In this document: one piece after another, positions 17,004 through 25,047 of the stretch
Numbering within the stretch: the stretch's first letter is position 1
Layout: each line of letters opens with the position of its first letter
Assembly: GCA_028713495.1 (NCBI GenBank)
Contig: JAQTOF010000002.1
Span: 1-46,718 of the forward strand
Length of the DNA stretch: 46,718 bases
From: Candidatus Iainarchaeum sp.
Lineage (GTDB): Archaea; Micrarchaeota; Micrarchaeia; Anstonellales; Bilamarchaeaceae
Direction: 5' to 3'
The notes under the pieces: model-generated
What the model was told of the DNA's origin: nothing
Seen by the model: only the letters and a program-made list of their open reading frames with translations
Databases searched by the model: none
Made by a program: the position numbers and the translations under genes

Positions 17004-18479
17004 TTAGTCCACCTTATAGATAATGATGTTGCTCCTGTTATAAAGCACATCCACGACAGCGTGCGCAGAACCATAAGGACCGATGATCGCCACGTATTCA
17101 GGCATCGTGATGTTGGAATCCTTCCTATAGCTCCGGTCTTTCCTGTAGAAGATGCCGCTGAAAGAGCCGTCCGATACTGGATACGCATCGGTGTGGTAAT
17201 CGTGGATGTATGCTGACGCCATATCCGCGGTGAAATTATCTGCTGCTTGTATCCAGGCAACGTCAAGACTTCTGCCATAGTCTTGCTTCTCGCTGAGCAT
17301 CTTGTAGGCCAGTACGCCAGGAGCGTAGTTGCCCACCACAAGGACATTTTCTTTGCCTGAAAGCATTAGACCGGCCTCCTTCTGTGCGATGAAATCGCTG
17401 TTGATGCCGCTGTAGATGAAAGCCAGGAGGACCGCGCTCAGGCAAAGCAGCATAACCATGATTATGAAGAAGAACCGGTCCGGCTTCTCCTTGCCATCCC
17501 ACTTCAGGAGTGTGATGGCCGCGAAATAGGATATCGCAGGGAGTACCGGCAGGTAGTACCATGGCATGAAATAGCCGCCCATGATAGGCAGGATTATGAG
17601 ACAGTACCAGCCGGCCATGAAAAGGTTGTCTCTCCAATGCTTCCAAAGGCCGAAGATGGATAACGCGAACCATATGCCTGCGCCTGAAAGGAACATGCTG
17701 AGGGAGCCGAGGACCTGCACGGCGATGCCATCTGAGCCGAACAGATGCCCGCCTACATCTGATATGTAAGCATCACCTTCCAGACCCGACGATTGGAGGA
17801 TGGTGAAATGAAGCAGGAACGCTGCTGGAGCGGCGAGCAATGACAATATGAAAAGCGGGTTATGCAGGCTCTTTTTATCGTTGAGATAGAGATATGCGAC
17901 TGCCAGGATAGGAATGATGAATGCCACCACGAGCTTCGCGAAGAAAGCCGCGAACACGATGGCGCCGGCGGGAATGAACCGCCATGCGCCGAGATTTCTT
18001 TCGGTATATAAGTATAGGGAACTGCAGATGAGCAGGAAGAGCAATGAATCGATCAGCAGAGCCGCCTGCGGATAAAGCGATGGCAAAGCGAACAGGGATA
18101 TGAGGATCGTGAAAAACGCCAGATTGCGGCTCGCTCCGGCATTGCGGAGCAGGAAATAAAGCGGCAGGATGGCAGCGAGGCCGAATATCAAGGATGGCAG
18201 GCGATAGGCGGCTTCCATTGGCAGAACCTCCAGCAATGGACCGGTGAATGCCGCATAGGTCCAGAAGAATAACGGCGGCTTCCAGCTCACAGGATAGCTT
18301 AGGAAGGTCGGTATGAGCGATGCGTTGCCAATCTGTTCCTGGATCATGACCGCATAGAGCGCTTCATCCTGGACAAATGGCAGGTAGAAGATGGTGGGTA
18401 GGCGGGTGACCAGATACAGGATCGCAAGGATCAGCAGCAGAGAGCGGTCGCTCTCAGGCAATCGTATAGAAAAAACCAC
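17004..18479 (-). CDS. GT-C glycosyltransferase of the PMT/ArnT (PMT_2, GT39/83-like) type.
   Basis: In the ORF track. About 12 TM helices. The first-loop motif LPFVQDEALYAVM (D-E-x-x-Y) is typical of dolichyl-phosphate-mannose protein mannosyltransferase/ArnT-like enzymes. There is a soluble C-terminal domain. Confidence 0.75.
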   Translation of the reverse strand: MVFSIRLPESDRSLLLILAILYLVTRLPTIFYLPFVQDEALYAVMIQEQIGNASLIPTFLSYPVSWKPPLFFWTYAAFTGPLLEVLPMEAAYRLPSLIFGLAAILPLYFLLRNAGASRNLAFFTILISLFALPSLYPQAALLIDSLLFLLICSSLYLYTERNLGAWRFIPAGAIVFAAFFAKLVVAFIIPILAVAYLYLNDKKSLHNPLFILSLLAAPAAFLLHFTILQSSGLEGDAYISDVGGHLFGSDGIAVQVLGSLSMFLSGAGIWFALSIFGLWKHWRDNLFMAGWYCLIILPIMGGYFMPWYYLPVLPAISYFAAITLLKWDGKEKPDRFFFIIMVMLLCLSAVLLAFIYSGINSDFIAQKEAGLMLSGKENVLVVGNYAPGVLAYKMLSEKQDYGRSLDVAWIQAADNFTADMASAYIHDYHTDAYPVSDGSFSGIFYRKDRSYRKDSNITMPEYVAIIGPYGSAHAVVDVLYNRSNIIIYKVD

Positions 18480-18501
18480 GTACGCTCCTTGTGATGAACC
18501 T

Positions 18502-18513
18502 TTTTAAATATTA
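18502..18513. promoter_or_regulatory. AT-rich TATA element in a divergent intergenic region.
   Basis: ttttaaatatta lies ~27 nt from the minus-strand GTG 18479 (leaderless) and ~52 nt from the plus-strand ATG 18560, which has its own GGTGA Shine-Dalgarno. Confidence 0.4.
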
Positions 18514-18559
18514 AGGGACACATTAGCACAAACTAAAATAATCATGCAAAGGTGAAGAG

Positions 18560-18940
18560 ATGAATATCGTCAGCTATATCCAGAAGATTAATTCAGTTGG
18601 GAAATACCTATTGGTGGCAGTGCTTGCCTTAAACATACTGTCATTGTCATTCGCCCAATCTGCGATTGGAAGCGCGCTGAAGGAGCTTTGCAACGCTTCA
18701 CAGACCTTCCTTGGTGGCGCAATCATGATAATGATTCTGCTGGCCGGTGCGACCTATGCTCTGGGCCAGGTGCTCGGTGCAGAGACCAGGGCAAGGGCGA
18801 CTGTTTGGGCGACGGCCATGATGACCGGTGCACTTATAGGTGCGCTCATCTACCTGCTTACGCCGATAATAATCAAGACCCTGTTGCCGAGTGCGAGCTA
18901 CAGCTTCATATCTGAATCGACCAACCCCTGCAACTTCTAA
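18560..18940 (+). CDS. Small membrane protein with TrbC/VirB2-pilin-like organisation.
   Basis: In the ORF track. GGTGA Shine-Dalgarno at 18551-18555. A long signal-like N-terminus ends in FAQSA. It is followed by LCNASQTFLGGAIMIMILLAGATYALGQ and a second hydrophobic helix, which is the VirB2-like two-helix layout. Confidence 0.6.
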   Translation: MNIVSYIQKINSVGKYLLVAVLALNILSLSFAQSAIGSALKELCNASQTFLGGAIMIMILLAGATYALGQVLGAETRARATVWATAMMTGALIGALIYLLTPIIIKTLLPSASYSFISESTNPCNF

Positions 18941-18985
18941 TCCTTTTTTTCATCTCTTTTCCTTTCATCTTTTTCTATTTGCTTT
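18941..18985 (+). terminator. Oligo-T/pyrimidine-rich terminator after 18560..18940.
   Basis: tccttttttt catctctttt cctttcatct ttttctattt directly follows the TAA. Confidence 0.5.
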
Positions 18986-19052
18986 CAGCTTCAGCCATGC
19001 GATACGGCGCTATCGCTCGTCATAGAGAATAACGAAAAGAAGATGTATCTGC

Positions 19053-19235
19053 CTAGCCCTGGCCTTTGGTCATGAAATAGAATGCCACTGCCGCGAAAAG
19101 GCTGAGCACTATCGCTATGATTATTTTGGTCTGCTCGTCTATGCCTTTTATCAGTGATGTGCCAAGCATGGTTATGCCCACGCCCACCACTACGCCGGCG
19201 ATAAGAGCAAGGAAACTGACGAATTTGCTCGCCAT
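19053..19235 (-). CDS. 60-aa two-helix membrane microprotein.
   Basis: In the ORF track. Two hydrophobic helices. Its ATG overlaps the TGA of the upstream PRC-barrel gene (ATGA), which implies translational coupling. Confidence 0.6.
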   Translation of the reverse strand: MASKFVSFLALIAGVVVGVGITMLGTSLIKGIDEQTKIIIAIVLSLFAAVAFYFMTKGQG

Positions 19236-19492
19236 CAGCGCTCTCCCTCCGCAGGCGGGGACGGCCTGGAGACGACGATCACGTCATCCACGGATTTCAC
19301 GTTCTTGTGCAGTATGCTTTTCTGCAGCATGGCCTTCCTGGCCTCGGTCTTTCCCGGAGGCAACTGCTCCAGGAGAATCCTCGATACCTCGCCACCTTCC
19401 ATGTCCAGGACAAAGTCCTCGGCCTTGCCGATGAACTTGCCGGAATCGGTAAGGATATCCATTCCGTACATTCTTGAGAGTTTCGTGGTCAT
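19235..19492 (-). CDS. PRC-barrel domain protein.
   Basis: In the ORF track. LSRMYGMDILTDSGKFIGKAEDFVLDMEGGEVSRILL matches the PRC-barrel pattern. Confidence 0.7.
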   Translation of the reverse strand: MTTKLSRMYGMDILTDSGKFIGKAEDFVLDMEGGEVSRILLEQLPPGKTEARKAMLQKSILHKNVKSVDDVIVVSRPSPPAEGER

Positions 19493-19524
19493 ACTATTAC
19501 CTTGGTGTTGCTATCTGCGGCTAC

Positions 19525-19534
19525 ATTTATAAAA
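19525..19534 (+). promoter_or_regulatory. TATA box upstream of the KaiC-like/Roadblock/TldD genes.
   Basis: atttataaaa lies 25 nt upstream of ATG 19555. Confidence 0.45.
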
Positions 19535-19554
19535 CTTCCAAGCCCATTAAGGCC

Positions 19555-20259
19555 ATGGCGGAGACAACCCCCGGCGCGATGCCCATCCTGAAAAAGAACA
19601 GGATGAGCACAGGCATAGCCGATCTGGACATAATACTTGAAGGTGGATATCCCAACCCTGGCAACATACTGGTGGTGGGACCGGGTGGGACGGAGAAAGC
19701 GGCATTCGCATACCATTTCGCAGCAGCCGCAGGGCCGAACGAGAACGCATACATAATATGCGCCACGTCATCGCCTGCCAACATAATCAGCAAGGCCTCC
19801 AGCATGGGTATAAACCTCTCCAACGTATTTTTCATAGACTGCTACAGCACCACGCTGGGCAGCGGCGAAGTGAAGGGCACTGACAGGATAAGGATAGTGC
19901 CTGGCCCTTCAGCGTTGAACGAAGTCTCGCTCATGCTCAATGAAGCGATAAAGGAGAGCACAGGCAAGAAGATGAGGGTGGTCTTCGACACGCTATCCAC
20001 ATTCGTACTCTACAACGCCAAGGATTCCATAAGGAAATTCCTAAGCGTGATAGAGGGAAGGCTGAGCAGCGTGGGCGCGACGACGCTCTACCTGGTGGAC
20101 GAGGGAGTGCATGACAAGCAGCTCCTCAGCCTCTTGGAGCACGGCACGGACGGGACATATAACATAGCTGACAGGGGAGGGAAATTCGTGCTCGTGGTGC
20201 CTGGCGTAGAGATGGAGATACCGGTAAGGGCAGGGCCTTCGGGCATAAGCATAGTGTGA
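19555..20259 (+). CDS. KaiC/RecA-superfamily single-domain ATPase-like protein (ArlH/KaiC-like) with a degenerate Walker A.
   Basis: The ORF track gives 19474..20259. ATG 19555 is preferred because a TATA box (atttataaaa, 19525-19534) lies 25 nt upstream and this start removes the overlap with 19235..19492. STGIADLDIILEGGYPNPGNILVVGPGGTEKA shows the KaiC-like fold, but the P-loop is GPGGTEKA rather than GxxGxGK[ST]. Confidence 0.7.
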   Translation: MAETTPGAMPILKKNRMSTGIADLDIILEGGYPNPGNILVVGPGGTEKAAFAYHFAAAAGPNENAYIICATSSPANIISKASSMGINLSNVFFIDCYSTTLGSGEVKGTDRIRIVPGPSALNEVSLMLNEAIKESTGKKMRVVFDTLSTFVLYNAKDSIRKFLSVIEGRLSSVGATTLYLVDEGVHDKQLLSLLEHGTDGTYNIADRGGKFVLVVPGVEMEIPVRAGPSGISIV

Positions 20260-20588
20260 TCTTTATGGCTGCTGAACTTGAAGCGATACTGAACGAGATG
20301 AAGGAGAAAGGCATAGGGGGCGCCATAGTGAGCTCGGATGGCGTGGTGATCCATTCCACCATAGCGCTCAATGAGCCGGCTTCTAGTGTGATCGCCTCGG
20401 TGTCCAACATCTCAGACGCCCTGATGAAGAAGATGGGCGACCAGCACAAGGAGATAGAGATATCTTTCGGCGGCCTCATCGTGGTGCTGGTGCCTATAAA
20501 GAGCCACGTGTTCTGCGGCATGGTCAAGGACCGCGAGGAGAAGAAGACGGTCCTGGAGTATGCGCAGAAAGCCAGGGCTTATCTTTGA
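20256..20588 (+). CDS. Roadblock/LC7 (MglB-like) domain protein.
   Basis: In the ORF track. LEAILNEMKEKGIGGAIVSSDGVVIHST...EIEISFGGLIVVLVPI is typical of Robl/LC7. It overlaps the stop of the KaiC-like gene. Confidence 0.8.
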   Translation: MIFMAAELEAILNEMKEKGIGGAIVSSDGVVIHSTIALNEPASSVIASVSNISDALMKKMGDQHKEIEISFGGLIVVLVPIKSHVFCGMVKDREEKKTVLEYAQKARAYL

Positions 20589-20603
20589 GATTTCTGTGGT
20601 TTT

Positions 20604-21911
20604 GTGGAGTACGAACGAATCCTTTCCAGATATCCATATGCTGAGCTCAGGATTGAGCGCAGCATGGAATCCTCTGTCAGCATCAAAGATGATGAGGTCA
20701 AGCATACATCGGGCTCGGTGCATGGGATCAGCGTAAGGGTGCTTGAGGAAGGCTCCTGGGGATTCGCGGCAAGCAGCAGGGATGATAAGATAGAGGACCT
20801 GCTGGAAAAGGCCAGGAAGATGGCAAGGCTTGGCAAAGGCAGGATAGCGATCGACATCCCGCCAGCTGTGAAGAAGGAGATAAAAGAGAAGACGGATCCT
20901 GTGGACGACGACCAGCAGGTGAGGTCTCTTGTCGGGGCAGCCAAGGAGATGAAGGCGCAGAAGGTCACATCCCGCACGATCGCATGCACTGATTCTGTTG
21001 TCCGTGAGGAATTCCACAATTCGCACGGAACAGAGATAATCCAGGAATGCGGCTACACATACTTATCCTGTTCATGCATCGCGAAATCAGGGGAGCTAAT
21101 GCAAAGAGGCTCTGAAAGGGCCTGGTCAAGGAGCGGTTTCGGGAAGATAGATTCCTTGGAGGTCGCTGGAAAATCAAGGGAAAAGGCGCTGAGGCTGCTG
21201 GATGCTGCCCCACCGCCAAAAGGAAGGTTCATTGTGATCTTCGACCCTGAGATGAGCGGTGTCTTCTCCCATGAGGCCGTAGGACATGCCTGCGAGGCCG
21301 ACTCGGTGATAGACAGGGAATCCGTGCTTGCAGGAAGGCTTGGACAGATGATAGGCAACGAGCTTGTCACCATCATAGACGACCCCACTGCAGATGGATT
21401 CGGAAGATACGCCTATGATGACGAGGGCGTCCCTGCGAAGCCTGCGGTGCTTATGGAGAACGGAGTGCTCAAAGGCTACATGAATTCCATGGAGAGCGCC
21501 AAAGAGCTGGGCATCGAGCAGAACGGCCATGCAAGGGCAGGGGATTACAGCGAAGTGCCCATAGTCAGGATGAGCAATACCCATTTCCAGAAAGGCGAGA
21601 GCACGGTAGACGCCGTCTTTGACATAAAGGAAGGCATCTACCTCAAGGGCATGAAAGGCGGCAGCGTGGATATCTTCTCAGGTGGGTTCATGTTCAAGGC
21701 AGAGGAAGCCTATGACATAAGGAACGGCGAGAAAGGGAAGATAATGAGGGATGTCACAATAACGGGCAATATCCTCCAGACTCTGCTTGATGTGGAATGC
21801 GTAGGGAACGATTTCGGGACGAGTCCCGGCATGTGCGGCAAGTTCTCCCAGGAAGTGCCTGTGAGCGACGGGGGACCGCATATCAGGCTGAAGAACGTCG
21901 CTATCGGATAA
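20604..21911 (+). CDS. tldD: TldD/PmbA-family metalloprotease.
   Basis: In the ORF track (GTG start). SVRVLEEGSWGFAAS, the HEAVGHACEAD metal-binding motif and the C-terminal GMCGKFSQEVPVSDGGPHIRL. Confidence 0.85.
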   Translation: MEYERILSRYPYAELRIERSMESSVSIKDDEVKHTSGSVHGISVRVLEEGSWGFAASSRDDKIEDLLEKARKMARLGKGRIAIDIPPAVKKEIKEKTDPVDDDQQVRSLVGAAKEMKAQKVTSRTIACTDSVVREEFHNSHGTEIIQECGYTYLSCSCIAKSGELMQRGSERAWSRSGFGKIDSLEVAGKSREKALRLLDAAPPPKGRFIVIFDPEMSGVFSHEAVGHACEADSVIDRESVLAGRLGQMIGNELVTIIDDPTADGFGRYAYDDEGVPAKPAVLMENGVLKGYMNSMESAKELGIEQNGHARAGDYSEVPIVRMSNTHFQKGESTVDAVFDIKEGIYLKGMKGGSVDIFSGGFMFKAEEAYDIRNGEKGKIMRDVTITGNILQTLLDVECVGNDFGTSPGMCGKFSQEVPVSDGGPHIRLKNVAIG

Positions 21912-21912
21912 A

Positions 21913-24900
21913 TCAACCAGCGTATTCTTCCACGCGCCTGATGTCAAGCTCTTTTTCCCTGAGCTCAAGCATGGCTTTCAGCAGCTCCTGCGCAGTGCTG
22001 ACATTGGTTATGCATGGGATCCCGCTGAGGATGCTGGCCCTGCGCATCCTGAAGCCGTCGGTGTTCGCCGCACCGCCGTGCCTGGGACTGTTGATGACAA
22101 GGGTTACCTCGCCAGACTCTATGAGCTCCAGGGCATCCGGACGGCCTTTGCCGATCTTGGGCACAGCGATAGCGCCTTCGACAGAGCCCACTGTGCCCAT
22201 GGTGCCATAAATCGTGAAACCGAGCTTTTTTAGCAGCTTGACAAGCTCTGGCATATCTTTCTTGTCCTCGTCCCTGAGGCTGATGAATGCGCTGTGCTTT
22301 TTCCCGTTCTCCAATCGTATGCCCGCGGCCAATAGCGCCTTGTAATAGGCCATCTCGAATGATTTGCCTATGCCCATCGTCTCCCCTGTGCTGCGCATCT
22401 CAGGCCCGAGCCGGATATCTGTGCCCAAAAGCTTCAGGAACGGGAAGACCACGCTCTTCACAGCGAAATGCGTGACCCTTGGGCGGAATCTGGGGAGCTT
22501 CTCGCCAAGCATTGCACGTACCGCTATCTTGGTGATTGGTATGCCGATGGCCTTGCTGACAAAAGGCACGGTCCTGCTGGCCCTGGGGTTGGCCTCAAGG
22601 ATGTAGACAGTGCCGTTCCTGACTACATATTGGATGTTCACCAGACCGACCACGCCAAGGGATTTCGATATCTTCTCGGTGTAATCCACCAGCTCTTTCC
22701 TCTCAGTATCTGAAAGGCGGATGGACGGAAGGACTATGTTGGCATCACCGGAATGCACGCCAGCAGGCTCTATGTGCTCCATGAGGCCCCCTATGAAGAC
22801 ATTCTGGCCATCGCTGACTGCGTCCACCTCGCACTCTATGGCATTGTCTATGTATTTGTCTATGAGCACTGGCCTTTTCTGGCTGACTTCCACTGCTTCG
22901 TTTATATAGCGTCTCAGCTCTTCATCGCTCCTGACGATCTCCATGGCCCTGCCTGCGATGACATAGCTCGGCCGGACGACGACAGGATAGCCGATATGCG
23001 ATGCTGCTTCCAATGCCTCCTCTTCGTTTGTCGCAGTGCCGTTCTGGGGCTGGAGTATGCCGAGTTTGTTGGCCAGCTCGCGGAATCTCTCGCGGTCCTC
23101 TGCTATGTCTATTCCGTCTATCGGGGTGCCGAGCACTCTGGTCCCGGCATTGTGGAGCGGCTCGGCCAGGTTTATGCTTGTCTGGCCGCCGAGCTGGACT
23201 ATCACGCCTTCAGGCTTCTCGTTGTCCACGATGTTCATGACGTCCTCGAAAGTGAGCGGCTCGAAATAGAGCCTGTCGCTGGAGTCGAAGTCAGTGCTCA
23301 CGGTCTCAGGATTGTTGTTTATCATGATGCTCTTCAGGCCCATCTCTCGGAGCGCGAATGCTGCCTGGGAGCAGCAGTAGTCGAATTCTATGCCCTGGCC
23401 TATCCTGATGGGGCCAGAACCCAGGACGATTATCTTCCTGCCCTCGAGAGCTATGGCCTCGTTCTCATGCTCATATGTAGAGTAGTAATATGGCGTGAGC
23501 GCGGCGAACTCGCCTGCGCATGAATCCACTATCTTGTATGTCGGCAGGACACCGAATGACTTCCTCAGTTGCCGGACCGACGCCTCGTCGCTTCTGGTGA
23601 AAGAGGCGATCTGCGGATCTGAGAAACCAGAGCGCTTCGCCTCAAGCATCAGCTCTTTTGTCATCTTTTCCTGGCTGATCCTCTTCTCCAGCCGCACCAT
23701 GGCCTCCAGGCGCCTGAGGAACCAGCGGTTTATTTTTGTCCTCTGATGGAGCTCTTCGGTGGTGCGACCGCGGCGGAGGGCCTCGAGTAATGCGAATATG
23801 CGCAGGTCAGTGGGCGGAAAAAGATGCTCGTCAGGCTCTATGGACTTCGGGATCTTCGTCTCCAGGCTCCGGATGGCCTTGTTCAGGGCTTCCTGGAATG
23901 TCCTGCCGATGGCCATCACTTCTCCTGTGCTTTTCATCTGGGTGCCGATAGTCCTTGATGTCTTCGGGAATTTGTCGAACGGCCAGCGTGGGATTTTCAC
24001 CACGGCATAATCAAGGGCCGGCTCGAATGCGGCAGATGTGCAGGTTATCGCGTTCTTTATCTTCGGAAGGCTATGGCCAAGGGCGATTTTAGTCGCCACC
24101 CTTGCGATAGGATAGCCGGTCGCTTTGGAGGCAAGGGCTGATGAGCGTGAGAGCCGTGGATTGACTTCTATCACTACGAATTCGCCAGTCTCCTGGTTCA
24201 TCGCCAGCTGGACATTGCATCCTCCCTGTATGCCGATGGCATGGACTATCTTCAGGGAAGCATCGCGGAGGGTCTGGTGGTCACGGTCGCTGAGCGTCTG
24301 GGATGGCGCCACAACGATGCTCTCTCCGGTGTGCACGCCCATCGGGTCTATGTTCTCCATGTTGCAGATGATAGCAGCATTGCCAAAGGAATCGCGGACC
24401 ACCTCGTATTCGAACTCACCCCAGCCGATCACGCTCTTCTCCACAAGGGCTTCGCCGGTTGCGCTCAGCCTGAGGGCAAGCTCCATTATCTTCCTGAGCT
24501 CCTCCTTGTCGTATGCAGTGCCGCCGCCAGTGCCGCCAAGGGTGAATGAGGGCCGGATTATCACAGGGTAGCCATTGGAGCCTGCAAAACGCTCAGCGCT
24601 TTGGATATCTTTCACCACTGCCCCGGGGAGGATAGGGACCTTGATCTTCTCCATGAGCCGGTTGAACCTCTCTCGCGATTCAGCTGTCTCTATGGCCTCT
24701 GCATCGGTCCCGAGGAACTTCACATCGTGCTTCTTCAGGATCCCTTTGTGGTGGAGCTCCATGGCCAGATTGAGGCCGGTCTGCCCGCCCATGGTGGCGA
24801 TGATAGCGTCAGGCTTCTCTCTTTCTATTATCTTCTCAAGCACATCTGCTGTGAGGGGCTCGATGTAGACTATGTCTGCCGTGTCCTTATCGGTCTGAAT

Positions 24901-25047
24901 GGTGGCAGGATTGGAATTGACAAGCACCACTTCCGTGCCTTCCTCGCGCAGGGCCCTGCAGCATTGCGTGCCGCTATAGTCGAACTCGGCGGATTGACCT
25001 ATGACTATGGGACCTGAGCCGATGACAAGGACCTTCTGCTTGCCCAT
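21913..25047 (-). CDS. carB: Carbamoyl-phosphate synthase large subunit.
   Basis: In the ORF track (1045 aa). Duplicated ATP-grasp halves (VLVIGSGPIVIGQSAEFDYSGTQ, IIVLGSGPIRIGQGIEFDYC) and a C-terminal MGS-like domain. ATG 25047 overlaps the TGA of the upstream ORF (TGATG). Confidence 0.97.
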   Translation of the reverse strand: MGKQKVLVIGSGPIVIGQSAEFDYSGTQCCRALREEGTEVVLVNSNPATIQTDKDTADIVYIEPLTADVLEKIIEREKPDAIIATMGGQTGLNLAMELHHKGILKKHDVKFLGTDAEAIETAESRERFNRLMEKIKVPILPGAVVKDIQSAERFAGSNGYPVIIRPSFTLGGTGGGTAYDKEELRKIMELALRLSATGEALVEKSVIGWGEFEYEVVRDSFGNAAIICNMENIDPMGVHTGESIVVAPSQTLSDRDHQTLRDASLKIVHAIGIQGGCNVQLAMNQETGEFVVIEVNPRLSRSSALASKATGYPIARVATKIALGHSLPKIKNAITCTSAAFEPALDYAVVKIPRWPFDKFPKTSRTIGTQMKSTGEVMAIGRTFQEALNKAIRSLETKIPKSIEPDEHLFPPTDLRIFALLEALRRGRTTEELHQRTKINRWFLRRLEAMVRLEKRISQEKMTKELMLEAKRSGFSDPQIASFTRSDEASVRQLRKSFGVLPTYKIVDSCAGEFAALTPYYYSTYEHENEAIALEGRKIIVLGSGPIRIGQGIEFDYCCSQAAFALREMGLKSIMINNNPETVSTDFDSSDRLYFEPLTFEDVMNIVDNEKPEGVIVQLGGQTSINLAEPLHNAGTRVLGTPIDGIDIAEDRERFRELANKLGILQPQNGTATNEEEALEAASHIGYPVVVRPSYVIAGRAMEIVRSDEELRRYINEAVEVSQKRPVLIDKYIDNAIECEVDAVSDGQNVFIGGLMEHIEPAGVHSGDANIVLPSIRLSDTERKELVDYTEKISKSLGVVGLVNIQYVVRNGTVYILEANPRASRTVPFVSKAIGIPITKIAVRAMLGEKLPRFRPRVTHFAVKSVVFPFLKLLGTDIRLGPEMRSTGETMGIGKSFEMAYYKALLAAGIRLENGKKHSAFISLRDEDKKDMPELVKLLKKLGFTIYGTMGTVGSVEGAIAVPKIGKGRPDALELIESGEVTLVINSPRHGGAANTDGFRMRRASILSGIPCITNVSTAQELLKAMLELREKELDIRRVEEYAG

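Noticed and set aside
19474-19554. N-terminal extension of the KaiC-like ORF (track start 19474), and likewise of carA (26608..26679) and of 8795..10531 (10496..10531).
   Set aside because: The extensions overlap neighbouring genes or contain the gene's own TATA or Shine-Dalgarno signals. Downstream ATGs with proper signals (19555, 26607, 10495) give family-typical N-termini.
9416-21026. Other antisense ORFs of 100-220 aa (9416..10075 +, 16447..17007 +, 16907..17347 -, 20412..21026 -, 22753..23523 +, 25447..26175 +, etc.).
   Set aside because: Each lies opposite a gene with strong family motifs (surface protein, GT2, TldD, carB, carA). None has motifs, a Shine-Dalgarno or a promoter signal.
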